The translations under genes and the position numbers were made by a program. A stretch of 64,000 nt of DNA from Chloroflexota bacterium. GTDB taxonomy: Bacteria; Chloroflexota; UBA11872; VXOZ01. Positions 1 to 10,068 of the stretch are shown piece by piece. Under the pieces are notes generated by a model that made no database searches, had not been told where the DNA came from, and saw only the letters and a program-made list of their open reading frames with translations. Every line of letters starts with the position of its first letter. Position 1 is the stretch's first letter. Location: positions 992,001-1,056,000 of the forward strand of contig OZ244922.1 of assembly GCA_965221905.1 (NCBI GenBank). Reading direction: 5' to 3'.

Positions 1-6
1 CGAACT

Positions 7-497
7 ATGGCGGTAAAGGATACCCATAAAGCGTTTGAGCGACTCAGGGGAGCGGGATACAGCAAGGAAATGGCGGAGGCCCTCCTGGAGACCCTCGGCG
101 ATTCGTGGGATACCCTCGCGACCAAGGCAGAGATAGATGGGGTCAGAGGCGACACCAAGGCCTTGGGAGCAACAACCAAGGCAGAGATAGATGGGGTCAG
201 AGGCGACATCAAGGCTTTGGAACAACGACCAAGGCAGAGATAGATGGGGTCAGAGGCGACATCAAGGCTTTGGAAACAGCGACCAAGGCAGAGATAGATG
301 GGGTCAGAGGCGACATCAAGGCTTTGGAAGCAACGACCAAGGCAGAAATAGATGGGGTCAGAGGCGACATCAAGGCTTTGGAAACAGCGACCAAAGCCGA
401 CATGCGCGAACAGGAACTGCGCATGCGGCTGCACCTCTATGCCGTGGCGATTGTGGTTATTGGCGTCCTGGCCGCGCTGGAACTGATACCGCGTTAG
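7..497 (+). pseudogene. CCDC90/DUF1640-like coiled-coil membrane protein, split by a 1-nt deletion (or sequencing error)
   Basis: N-terminal DTHKAFERLRGAGYSKEMAEAL...LATKAEI head (ORF 7..243), 18-aa coiled-coil repeats, and a C-terminal TM helix (ORF 105..497). The second repeat unit is 53 rather than 54 bp, shifting frame near 222. Confidence 0.75.
121..389 (+). repeat. 54-bp coding tandem repeat, 5 copies (TKAEIDGVRGDIKALETA)
   Basis: Units start at 121, 175, 228, 282 and 336 with accaaggcagagatagatggggtcagaggcgac. Confidence 0.95.
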
Positions 498-756
498 GTC
501 GGCTGGCGAGCACAAAGCGTGCCTCTGCTCATGGCCCAGCAAATGAAATGATGCCACTGCTTGAAAGTTGTCTATTCCAGTCACGAAAGAGACTAGGGCT
601 AGTTTAAGTCAAACGGTGTATCGGATGGCTCTCAATGGATTCGCGCAGATGGGTTCACGCGGCTGCTCCACAACGGTCAAGACCCATGCAAGTGGATTTC
701 CGCTTTTGCGAGATTGACGGGGATAGCAAAATACTGTCAGAGAGTAGGGGCACACC

Positions 757-1605
757 ATGGCAAAAGACTTGAAATTCATCAAGATGCACGGTACGGGCAA
801 TGACTTCGTCGTTGTAGATACCCGTGCCAACGGTGCAAGAGATTGGGCAGACCTTGCGTCAAAGCTCTGTGACCGGAATTTCGGGGTTGGCAGCGACGGC
901 CTCCTGTTGATCGATGCCGATGAAAAGCAAGGATATCGCTTCCGCATGTTCAATCCCGACGGCAGTGAGGCCGAGATGTGCGGTAACGGCATTCGCTGCT
1001 TTGCCAAGTACCTCTACGACACGGGAGAAATTGGCGAGGGTTGGCTGGGAGTCGATACGCTCGCGGGAATGCTCAAAGTCAACGTGCATCCGGGTGACAA
1101 CGAGCACTTCTCTGTCTCAGTGGACATGGGCCCGCCTTTTCTCGCCCCGGCGGAGATCCCGGTGCAGGCCACCGCTACCCCAGTTAAGGACATGCCGCTG
1201 CGTGTGAACGGCACGGACCTTTCCATAACGGCGGTCTCGATGGGCAACCCGCATGCGATCACGTTTCTTGACGACATCGAGTCATTTCCGCTCACCACCA
1301 TTGGACCGGAAGTAGAGCACCATCCGGCGTTTCCGAAGCGCACGAATTTCGAGATTGCCCGGGTAATCGGGCGCGACCGGATCGAGGTCCGGGTGTGGGA
1401 ACGGGGCGCCGGCCCCACGCTGGCGTGCGGCACCGGCGCCTGTGCCACGGCCGTGGCTGCTCGTTTGCATGGCTTGACGGACGAGACCGTCACCGTCGGT
1501 CTGCCCGGAGGCGACCTGACGATTTCGTGGGACGGCGAGGGTCGCGTCTTGATGCGGGGCGCGGCACAGACGGTATTCGCCGGCACCTGGTTGCAGGGGG
1601 ACTAG
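757..1605 (+). CDS. dapF: diaminopimelate epimerase
   Basis: KMHGTGNDF, EMCGNGIRC, MGNPHA and ERGAGPTLACGTGACA motifs. Confidence 0.97.
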   Translation: MAKDLKFIKMHGTGNDFVVVDTRANGARDWADLASKLCDRNFGVGSDGLLLIDADEKQGYRFRMFNPDGSEAEMCGNGIRCFAKYLYDTGEIGEGWLGVDTLAGMLKVNVHPGDNEHFSVSVDMGPPFLAPAEIPVQATATPVKDMPLRVNGTDLSITAVSMGNPHAITFLDDIESFPLTTIGPEVEHHPAFPKRTNFEIARVIGRDRIEVRVWERGAGPTLACGTGACATAVAARLHGLTDETVTVGLPGGDLTISWDGEGRVLMRGAAQTVFAGTWLQGD

Positions 1606-1607
1606 GG

Positions 1608-1943
1608 ATGTCCGATAGTACGAAACGCGTACTTCTCATTGTTCTTGCTCTTCTACTCGGCATCGTGTCAATTGCTCCATTCGGCCGGATTAACCGCAGC
1701 GAACGCGCTGGTGTGCTCGCGGCAATTGCCACGGCTATTGTCGGCCTTATTGCATTCACGCGTCGCGAGACGGAAGGCGAATTTCTGGGTATTCCGTATA
1801 GCTTTAGCCCGCCTACGCTGGAGCGGCTCAAAGGCAGACTATGGAATGCGGAGGACCCGCGCGTCTTCACGCCGCACATATTCGGCTGGGGTTGGAGCGT
1901 GAATTTCTACCAAATTGGCAAGCGCCTAGGCCTGATTTCCTAA
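1608..1943 (+). CDS. small membrane protein, DUF5808-like
   Basis: ATG at 1608 right after the dapF stop; two TM helices; C-terminal NAEDPRVFTPHIFGWGWSVNF motif. Confidence 0.7.
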   Translation: MSDSTKRVLLIVLALLLGIVSIAPFGRINRSERAGVLAAIATAIVGLIAFTRRETEGEFLGIPYSFSPPTLERLKGRLWNAEDPRVFTPHIFGWGWSVNFYQIGKRLGLIS

Positions 1944-1995
1944 CTATTTTCTCTACGATACAGTACAAATCTCATTGCTTTGAAGGTCATAGCGC

Positions 1996-4062
1996 ATGGG
2001 CACGCTCGTTGGTGTTGACATTGGCGGCACGTTTACCGACGTGGTCGTGCTCGATGAGGCCCGCCGCGAACTGCAGATAGGCAAAGTTGCCACCACGCCC
2101 GACGATCAATCGAACGGCTTCATTACCGCCCTGGATGGTCTTAGAGTCCCATACGCCGATATCGATCTCGTCACCCACGGCACAACCGTAGCCACCAATG
2201 CCGTCTTGGAACGCGACGGCGGACGCTGCGGCCTGATCGCTACGCGTGGTTTCCGGGATATTTTGGAGCTCCGCCGCCGCGACCGACCCCACATGTACGG
2301 CCTGACCGGGACGTATGAACCGCTCATCCCACGCGACCGCCGCTTCGAGGTAACCGAACGCATCGCCGCCGAAGGTACCGTGCTGACTCCGTTATGCGAG
2401 GAGGAAGTCTTAGAGGCGGGAAGATTGCTGGTGGCGCAGTGGGTGGAGGCCATCGTCGTCAGTTTCATGAACTCCTACGCCAACCAAGAGCACGAGATGC
2501 GGGCGAAGGAAATCTTGCAGGCCGAGTGGCCGCACCTCTACGTGGTGACGTCCAGCGAGACGCTGCCGGTGTTCCGCGAGTTCGAGCGCACGAGCACGGC
2601 AGTCGTCAACGCCTACGTCCAGCCGAACGTGGGCCAGTACTTGGAACGGTTGGAAGAACGGCTCAGCGAGCGAGGATACGCCAGCGACCTCTTCATCATG
2701 CAGTCGAATGGCGGCATGATGTCCGCTGCCAGCGTGCGCAATTTACCCCTCAACACCGTGCTTTCCGGTCCCGCGGCAGGTGTGATTGCCGCCACCAGAA
2801 TCGCCGCCGAGGATGGATTCTCGAATCTCATTACCTATGACATGGGAGGAACGAGCCTCGACGTGTCGCTGGTACAGGAGGGCAAGCCCCTTCCGTCAAG
2901 CGGGATGGATCTGGAATTCGGCATTCCCCTCATGGTCTCGATGATCGATATTCATACGATTGGCGCCGGGGGCGGCAGCATAGCGCGGTTGGATCAGGGG
3001 GGCTTGCTGCAAGTGGGGCCGCAAAGCGCGGGCGCCGAGCCGGGCCCGGTCTGCTACGGCAAGAACGGCACCGCGCCGACTCTCACCGACGCCAATCTGA
3101 TTCTTGGCAGGATCAACCCCCACTACCCGATTGCTGGCGTAGCGGGAGCTTCATTCGACGTCGCCAGTGCCCGGTCCGTAGTCACGGAGACCATCGGCAA
3201 GCCGCTGGGACTCTCCACCGAGCAGGCGGCACAGGCGATTGCAACGGTCGCGAACAACCGGATTGCCGGCAGCCTCCGACGGGTGTCGATTGACAAAGGC
3301 CACGACCCGCGTGACTTTGCGCTCTTCTCCTTTGGCGGCAGCGGGCCGTTGCACGCCGGTTTTCTCCTGCGTGAATTGAGCATTGGGCAGGGCATCGTGC
3401 CGTACTTTCCCGGAATCGCTTCAGCGTGGGGATGTGTAATTGCCGATCGCCGGCATGATTTCGTGACGATGCAAAACTGCCTTCTCAGCGAGCTTAACCT
3501 AGCTTCCTTGGAAAGGACGTTTGCCGACCATCTTGCGGCAGGCGAGGCAATGCTCGCCGGTGAAAACGTGCCTCTGCAGCGCGTCAACGTAGTCCGCGAA
3601 GCCGACATTTCCTATGAGGGACAGACCCACGTCATCCGCACCAACTTGCCGGCGGGTGAACTCAGCCACGACACCATCGCCGCCAGTTTTCGCAGCGCCT
3701 ACCTGCAACACTACGGCCGCGTAGAAGAGGGCTTTAGCGGCTTGGAGGAATTGCTGGCGCAAATCCCGATTCGCCTGCTAAACCTTAGGACGGCCGTCAT
3801 CGGCGTCCGCACCGACGTGGCGTTGAAAGACTTCATAAGAGCCCCGGAGACAACGCAAGCGGAGGCGCGCAAAGAGGAACGGCAGGTGTACGTGGACGAT
3901 GGTTTTGTCACTTGTCCGGTATACGATCGTGCCAAACTGCCGTGGGGAGCTGTGTTGTCCGGCCCGGCCCTCATCGAGCAGCCGGATACCACGGTTTGGC
4001 TGGAGCCGTGGTGCCGCACCACAGTGACCGAGGGCGGCAGTTTGCTGATGGAGGTAACGTGA
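1996..4062 (+). CDS. hydantoinase A/oxoprolinase family protein
   Basis: GVDIGGTFTD, HGTTVATNAVLE, SGPAAGV, DMGGTS and IGAGGGS motifs. Confidence 0.95.
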   Translation: MGTLVGVDIGGTFTDVVVLDEARRELQIGKVATTPDDQSNGFITALDGLRVPYADIDLVTHGTTVATNAVLERDGGRCGLIATRGFRDILELRRRDRPHMYGLTGTYEPLIPRDRRFEVTERIAAEGTVLTPLCEEEVLEAGRLLVAQWVEAIVVSFMNSYANQEHEMRAKEILQAEWPHLYVVTSSETLPVFREFERTSTAVVNAYVQPNVGQYLERLEERLSERGYASDLFIMQSNGGMMSAASVRNLPLNTVLSGPAAGVIAATRIAAEDGFSNLITYDMGGTSLDVSLVQEGKPLPSSGMDLEFGIPLMVSMIDIHTIGAGGGSIARLDQGGLLQVGPQSAGAEPGPVCYGKNGTAPTLTDANLILGRINPHYPIAGVAGASFDVASARSVVTETIGKPLGLSTEQAAQAIATVANNRIAGSLRRVSIDKGHDPRDFALFSFGGSGPLHAGFLLRELSIGQGIVPYFPGIASAWGCVIADRRHDFVTMQNCLLSELNLASLERTFADHLAAGEAMLAGENVPLQRVNVVREADISYEGQTHVIRTNLPAGELSHDTIAASFRSAYLQHYGRVEEGFSGLEELLAQIPIRLLNLRTAVIGVRTDVALKDFIRAPETTQAEARKEERQVYVDDGFVTCPVYDRAKLPWGAVLSGPALIEQPDTTVWLEPWCRTTVTEGGSLLMEVT

Positions 4063-4063
4063 C

Positions 4064-5794
4064 ATGCCTTTAGACCCCATCACCTTAGCGGTCATTCGCG
4101 GCGGCTTGGAGCAAATCGCTGACGAGATGGACGCCACCCTGGAGCGTATGGCATTTTCTCCCGTCATATCGGACGGTTTCGACCGCGCCAGCGGCATTTA
4201 CCACGTGCGCGACGGTGAAGTCATCATGCAGGGGCCGCGCGGCTTGCCGAACTTTATTTGCGTGATGGAGTTCACTGTCCGCTCCGTAATCGAGCGGGTC
4301 ACGAATATCGCGGATGGCGATGTCTACATCGTCAACGATCCCTACATGGGCGGCACCCATCTGATGGACGTGAAGATGGTGAAGCCGTTCTTCTACAAAG
4401 GAAAGCTCACGGCCTTCTTGGCAAACAGCGGCCACTGGCCGGACATCGGCGGTCGGGTCCCCGGCGGTTTTTCGACGAAAGCAACGGAGATCTATCAGGA
4501 AGGTTTGCGCCTGCCGCCCGTGCGCATAATGGATAAGGGCAAGCTAAATCAGGACGTGCTCGACATCATCCTCTACAACGTGCGTGTTTCAGCCGAGCGC
4601 CAGGGCGACATCATTGCCAAGATCACCGCGCTCAACCTCGGCGCAGACCGCCTGACAAAGCTCCTTGACCGCTACGGAGAAGCCACCGTCTTCGCAGCCG
4701 TCGACGAGATGAAGGAGCGCTCTGAGCGACTGATGCGCAGCCACATCGAGACAATCCCCGACGGCACCTACGAATTCACGGACTACATCGACAGTGACGG
4801 CGTGGACTGGCAGCCGCTCAAGCTCCACCTGAAAATGACGGTGAGCGGCAGCGACGTTCACGTTGACTTTTCTCAGAGCAGTCCTCCGTGCCGCGGGCCG
4901 CTCAATAGCGTCTTCAGCACGACGCTCGCCGGAGTGTTTATCACCTTCAAGCATATCTTTCCCGATGTGCCCATCAACGCGGGCTGCTTTGCGCCGATCA
5001 CGGTCGACATTCCGACCACGACGTTTCTCCACGCGCAGCCGCCGCGCCCGGTTGCCGGCTGCGCTGCCGAAGTTTGCCAACGCGTGATCGACGTCATGCT
5101 GGGCGCGCTGGGACAGGCAATTCCCGATAACGCCTACGCTGCGCCGATGGGTACGGTGACGAACCTCTCGGTCGGCGGTGAGAATCCGGGAAGAGGCTAC
5201 TATGTCTTGTATTCGTTCATTGGCGGCGGCTACGGGGGTAACTTCCTCACTGACGGCCTGACGAACGGCAATCCCACCATCGCGGTCGCGCGTACGCAGG
5301 CACTGGAGATCTTCGAGTTCCGCTATCCGGTGCTCTTCACGCGCTACGCCATTCGCGAGGGTTCGGGAGGCGCGGGCAAGCGGCGCGGCGGTTACGGCGT
5401 CATCTTCGAATTTCAATTGCGGCACGGCGATGCCAGCGCTTCGCTGCTCGGGGAACGGGGGCGGTTCGCGCCATTTGGCATCCTGGGCGGCCAATCCGCG
5501 CAGTCGGCGGAGCACGTGTTTACGCTGCGGGGCGAAGAGTACCGCCCGGAACACATTACAAAAGACGAGGGTGTGCACATGCAGGCAGGCGACGTGCTTT
5601 GCCTGATGACGCCGGGCGGCGGCGGCTACGGCGATCCGTTCGAACGGCCTCCGGCGCTCGTTCTTCAAGACGTGCGGCGTGGCTACTACGATCGCGCGAC
5701 AGCCATGCGGGAATACGGGGTTCGGATTCTACCCGATGCTTGGGTTGTGGACGAAGAGTCGACACGGGTGCTACGCGACCGTGGTCTTAGCTAA
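4064..5794 (+). CDS. hydantoinase B/oxoprolinase family protein
   Basis: NDPYMGGTHLMD, HWPDIGG, QEGLRLPP and TPGGGGYGDP motifs; directly follows the A subunit. Confidence 0.95.
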   Translation: MPLDPITLAVIRGGLEQIADEMDATLERMAFSPVISDGFDRASGIYHVRDGEVIMQGPRGLPNFICVMEFTVRSVIERVTNIADGDVYIVNDPYMGGTHLMDVKMVKPFFYKGKLTAFLANSGHWPDIGGRVPGGFSTKATEIYQEGLRLPPVRIMDKGKLNQDVLDIILYNVRVSAERQGDIIAKITALNLGADRLTKLLDRYGEATVFAAVDEMKERSERLMRSHIETIPDGTYEFTDYIDSDGVDWQPLKLHLKMTVSGSDVHVDFSQSSPPCRGPLNSVFSTTLAGVFITFKHIFPDVPINAGCFAPITVDIPTTTFLHAQPPRPVAGCAAEVCQRVIDVMLGALGQAIPDNAYAAPMGTVTNLSVGGENPGRGYYVLYSFIGGGYGGNFLTDGLTNGNPTIAVARTQALEIFEFRYPVLFTRYAIREGSGGAGKRRGGYGVIFEFQLRHGDASASLLGERGRFAPFGILGGQSAQSAEHVFTLRGEEYRPEHITKDEGVHMQAGDVLCLMTPGGGGYGDPFERPPALVLQDVRRGYYDRATAMREYGVRILPDAWVVDEESTRVLRDRGLS

Positions 5795-6052
5795 GTGCCG
5801 TCAGACTCTGCAAAGTGACGAGCTTGCCCTGTACTTGATACGGGCGGGAATCCATCTGCTGGCACCGAGCGCCCACCGTCCTCAACTGAGAAGAGTTTCC
5901 CCGAGTTACGCTTGACTGTCGTTCTAAGTGCGACGAGGAATCTAGGGCCGGCGTGGGTATGTCTGTTACGCGTACACACCTCATTGCCGGCAAATTCGGT
6001 ATTCCGGTAGAGTTCAGCCACAGCGGCTTACCCGATGCTTGCCGTTTCTCTG

Positions 6053-6940
6053 TCATGGACCCTTATGGGCGTCATGCGCCTTTCGGACAAGTTCGCTCAG
6101 CACATCTCGATGCCGATCAATGTCAGTCGCGTAAACGTATACGCGGTAGTTTCCATGCCGGGAATTGTATGAATTGGTTTCCAGTCCAGAATCCTCAAGC
6201 CAAACGGTCAGTTGCTCATCTTGGGGGATATTGAACTCTGTGAAGACGTTTTTCTTTCGCGGGCGGAATACCACGAAATTGCGCACTGTGCCGCTGCTGG
6301 CGGCAAGGCCAATGTAGTTCTTGTTGTATTTTGGATCCACCCCCGGCTCAATCTCCTTTACCAACTCCATCAAACTGTCCAGGACTTCTAAAGATTCTCT
6401 CGAGGACTGTTCTACCCACCATTTCCGATCCACTTCTGATCCCCCTGAATCTTCTTCATCTGTGCCCCACGTGGTCAGGTCAACCACACGGGTTGCCATC
6501 AAAGTGAGCGCTCCATTAACTTTGGCGCACGTTACTCTAATGGCAATCAGTGGAATTGCCCCATTGAGGAGGGAAATCACGTTGAGGAAACGGCTTGTCA
6601 CGTCCTCCGCCACAATAACGGCGATATGCTCGTATTGAGGATAGCGGCGGCGTTCAATGTCCCAATACTCGATTGTGCGGATAATGTGAGACTCATCCAT
6701 CGCGCCAAGTTGAATCTCAACCTCGTATCGGGTTTCGGTATCCACATTTTGTAGAAGCAAGTCAAGTCTTCCGCCACTGGGCTGGCGGCGCTCGCTGGCA
6801 CGAACTTCCAGTTTCCCCAACCCGAGCAGTGACGGGTTGTCAGTTAGTAGTTCATGGAGCCACCGTTCGTTGAGCGTCGGGTCGTTCTTCAAGCTGATGT
6901 ATTTTGGAACAACGAAATCGGGGACTGTTACGTCGTTCAC
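6053..6940 (-). CDS. PD-(D/E)XK-like (NucS/EndoMS-type) nuclease-domain protein with C-terminal accessory domain
   Basis: E...GRLDLL...YEVEIQLG...IEYW pattern typical of restriction-endonuclease-fold proteins; GTG start with upstream GAGG. Confidence 0.6.
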   Translation of the reverse strand: MNDVTVPDFVVPKYISLKNDPTLNERWLHELLTDNPSLLGLGKLEVRASERRQPSGGRLDLLLQNVDTETRYEVEIQLGAMDESHIIRTIEYWDIERRRYPQYEHIAVIVAEDVTSRFLNVISLLNGAIPLIAIRVTCAKVNGALTLMATRVVDLTTWGTDEEDSGGSEVDRKWWVEQSSRESLEVLDSLMELVKEIEPGVDPKYNKNYIGLAASSGTVRNFVVFRPRKKNVFTEFNIPQDEQLTVWLEDSGLETNSYNSRHGNYRVYVYATDIDRHRDVLSELVRKAHDAHKGP

Positions 6941-7253
6941 CTCTAGCTTCTCCGTTGTAGTAGGGTCTGAACTGATCTCATTTGATCACACCCCACGAGT
7001 ATAACACTCGCTGAGACAGAGACTTAGCCCTATCTGGATAGACTGTCGCTGTTCCATGAGATGTATATGCTTAAACCCTGAGTACTGTGTATAATCGCGG
7101 CAGGATGGGCGCTGATCATCGTGTCCGCGATGTCGCACTCGGTTGCCGGTAACGCGCCCGTCTCGCGAAGGATGCACGTTAGTGCAGGCAAGGCCGTGGC
7201 GGCACATATGGCCGCTTTCAGTAAGGAAAACTGTCTAAGAGGAGTGCGTTCAC

Positions 7254-7724
7254 GTGAATGTGTGGAGCAGGGCTCTCGTTGTCTGTGTGCTGGCGGCTGT
7301 CTTGACCGCCTGCGGCGAGTCGGCAGAGGATGAGGCGGCGCTTACGCCAACGGCTGCAACGTCTGCACCGACTGCAGTGACAGAGACTCAACCCTCGCCA
7401 ATTACCGAGGCTGTAGCTGAAGCAGAGACAACGGCAACTCCGACACCGGGGCCTGACGCCACTTCGACGACTGTGGAAGAGACAGTGCCGGAGGAGGCCA
7501 CACCGGTGCCTCCTACGCGGACGCAAAGCATAATCTTCTATGACCTTACGGAAATAGAGAAGACCTGCCCGGGGTATCAGGAGTTCACGGGATTCCGTCA
7601 AACCGTCTCCCAGGTCAAGATAACGTGCACGGCTCCTGGTGTGGAGACCGTGTACTTCGTTGACTTAGATAACTTGGTGGTGACGGGCATACGCGTGCCG
7701 CTGCTCGAACAGGAAATACCGTAG
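7254..7724 (+). CDS. lipoprotein with Pro/Thr linker and uncharacterised C-terminal domain (paralog 1)
   Basis: Lipobox LTAC, PT-rich linker, upstream AGGAG, C-terminal domain shared with the next two ORFs. Confidence 0.8.
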   Translation: MNVWSRALVVCVLAAVLTACGESAEDEAALTPTAATSAPTAVTETQPSPITEAVAEAETTATPTPGPDATSTTVEETVPEEATPVPPTRTQSIIFYDLTEIEKTCPGYQEFTGFRQTVSQVKITCTAPGVETVYFVDLDNLVVTGIRVPLLEQEIP

Positions 7725-7728
7725 TTGG

Positions 7729-8169
7729 ATGCAACCCCTGGCTGGGGATTGGTTGTGCAATCGTTACTTGGGGCGTGTCGTGAAGCTGCTGTGCGGTGTC
7801 TTTTTTGTGCTGCTTGCTGTGCTGCTAAGCGGCTGCGGCCGCCAGCCGGTAGCTGAAGCTACGCCTCTGCCCACTCCCACCCTAGCTCCGCAGCTCACGC
7901 CGTCACCCGCTCTCGCACTCGGCTTGCGAAAGCAGGGAATCGTCTTTCACGATCTCACCCAAGGCGAGCAGGTGTGCCCCAGCTTCGCGGAGATTCTCGC
8001 GCCGTTAGAACTTTCCACGGAGAATTTCTCGGACCAACCCATGGAAGTCGTGCGGCAAGTGCGGTTGGTGTGCACCAATGAGGAGAAGGGGACGGTCTAC
8101 TTTATAGACCTACAGAATAAGACGATTACCGTCACACGTAAGCTGCCGCCAATCCCGGGAATGCCGTAA
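7729..8169 (+). CDS. lipoprotein (paralog 2)
   Basis: Lipobox LSGC, PT linker, IVFHDL...C...VCT...TVYFID. Confidence 0.8.
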   Translation: MQPLAGDWLCNRYLGRVVKLLCGVFFVLLAVLLSGCGRQPVAEATPLPTPTLAPQLTPSPALALGLRKQGIVFHDLTQGEQVCPSFAEILAPLELSTENFSDQPMEVVRQVRLVCTNEEKGTVYFIDLQNKTITVTRKLPPIPGMP

Positions 8170-8173
8170 CGCA

Positions 8174-8536
8174 ATGGTCACGCTCTGCCGCCAAGGCACA
8201 CTGGTGCTCTGTCTTCTTATTCTGCTCGCCGGCTGTCGAGGGTCGCCGCCAGAGTCTACACCCCGGTCTACCCCGACAGAGGTTGTTTCCGAGTTGCCGC
8301 AGCCGACGCCACCACCCCAGTCCTGGCCGGCGGGTGTGCTCTTCTACGAGCTTGAGGAACCGGAACAGACGTGCCTCGGCTACCAGGAGAATCTGTCCTT
8401 CAGCGACACCATCTTGCAAATCAAAATCGTCTGCACGCAACAAGGTGTGGAGACTGTATATTTCATAGATACAGAGACGCAGATAGTGACTGTATTGCGC
8501 ATACCCATACCTCTGACCGTGAAACCGCAAGAGTAG
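8174..8536 (+). CDS. lipoprotein (paralog 3)
   Basis: Lipobox LAGC, PT linker, VLFYEL...C...VCT...ETVYFID. Confidence 0.8.
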   Translation: MVTLCRQGTLVLCLLILLAGCRGSPPESTPRSTPTEVVSELPQPTPPPQSWPAGVLFYELEEPEQTCLGYQENLSFSDTILQIKIVCTQQGVETVYFIDTETQIVTVLRIPIPLTVKPQE

Positions 8537-8634
8537 CCCGGCTATTGCGCAAAGCAACGACCGACGGTAAGCAGCAACATGACGGATGAGGTGCCCAAAA
8601 TGCGACAAAGCGTGTCCCAGGGCCCACAAACGTC

Positions 8635-9261
8635 ATGACGCAGGACGCGTTGGCTCTTTACACAAAATACTACGTGGCTACAAGCTATGAACGGCTGGGG
8701 TTGTTCACGCTTGTGGCCGCTAGCTTTGCCAGCCGACGCGCGCTCTACCCGGGCAGTTTCACTCACCTTACACCCGCCTTCGTCTATCCGCACACGTGTT
8801 TTGTAGATACGGAAAGGCGCGCCGAGCGATTCTTTGCAGATAAGGCTGTGCGTGACTATGTGAACGAGCGGAAGGTATATTCCCAGGAGCCGTGCATCCG
8901 CTTCCACAGGGCTGACTACGTGCGGGAGTTGCCGGAACCCAAGGAGAGCTACGATCTCCTCATTTCGCAGTACGCGGGATTCGTCTCGCAGCACTGCAAG
9001 CAGTACCTCAAGGTCGGCGGCATGCTCTTGGCCAATAACAGCCACGGCGACGCAAGTATGGCGTGGTTGGATCAGGATTTCGCGCCAATAGCGGCCATCA
9101 AGCGCCGCGGCGAGCGGTTTAGCTTGGTTGAGACGAATCTCGATTCCTACTTTGTGCCAAAGCGGGATCACCCAATCACCCGGGAGTATCTGGAACGGAC
9201 CAAGCGCGGCGTGGCGTATACGCGCAGCGCCTTTGGATACGTCTTTCGGCGAGTGCGTTAG
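8635..9261 (+). CDS. class I SAM-dependent methyltransferase-like protein
   Basis: RALYPGS (motif I-like), FVD, ADY, YDLLISQYAG and LKVGGMLL motifs. Confidence 0.6.
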   Translation: MTQDALALYTKYYVATSYERLGLFTLVAASFASRRALYPGSFTHLTPAFVYPHTCFVDTERRAERFFADKAVRDYVNERKVYSQEPCIRFHRADYVRELPEPKESYDLLISQYAGFVSQHCKQYLKVGGMLLANNSHGDASMAWLDQDFAPIAAIKRRGERFSLVETNLDSYFVPKRDHPITREYLERTKRGVAYTRSAFGYVFRRVR

Positions 9262-9525
9262 CGCCACGCCCCATCAAACCGGGCCTAGGCGTGCGGTGAA
9301 AGTGCTCAAGCCATGCGTGGGGACAGAGAGAGCCGGGTGATCGCGTGAGCGTAGCACATTGGTTCGCAACAGTTCTTGTTTTTGAAAGATTCAAGAGAGA
9401 AGCGTGTTATGCGCCTGTCTATAGAGGTAGAAGCACGTACTTGAACCCCCGGGCTTACTAGCGAGTGGTCTCTCTACTGGAGTGACAGAGTGCGACCGGG
9501 CTAGGCAGGGCAGGATGAGCAGTAG

Positions 9526-9909
9526 CTACTCTGCGATTACGAGCGCCGCTAGTTTGTGAACCAGCAACTTGACACGCTGGATACCACGCCGCACGGAATC
9601 GTCTGTTTGCCAACCTTCATAGAAGTTTTGATGCAGAGAATTAGCTACGTGAAAGAGATCATGGAGCTCAGGGTCTCCGGTTTCCCGTGAAACTCTTTTC
9701 AAGTTATCGAAAAGACGTGCGTGAGTGTTATGCTCCCAGCCTCTTTGCTCGGCAGTGGCTTTCACAGCCTGCGCCGCTGCACCCCACGCCTTTTCCGATG
9801 CTTGAAGCATATCGCCTCTATTGAACTCTTCTTCCGCTTGCTCGATGAATTGGCGGCTTGTTCTCATGTACTTCTCTACGACCTTGTCTCTCCCATTGAC
9901 CGCCATCAT
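9526..9909 (-). CDS. PaREP1 family (HEPN-like) protein
   Basis: GDMLQASEKAWGAAAQAVKA and LHQNFYE signatures. Confidence 0.85.
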   Translation of the reverse strand: MMAVNGRDKVVEKYMRTSRQFIEQAEEEFNRGDMLQASEKAWGAAAQAVKATAEQRGWEHNTHARLFDNLKRVSRETGDPELHDLFHVANSLHQNFYEGWQTDDSVRRGIQRVKLLVHKLAALVIAE

Positions 9910-10068
9910 AACCTCAAAGATAATCTACTCGCTCTCTCATTGTACCAAGCACCGCAACACTGTAACACTCCTGGTGAAGCAATGAGGCAAGGGTGACCTG
10001 CTTAGGTAGGGGGTTTCTGAACCGGAGGACAGTTCACGTGAGCGGAGGTCGCCTAAAGAAACTGCTGT

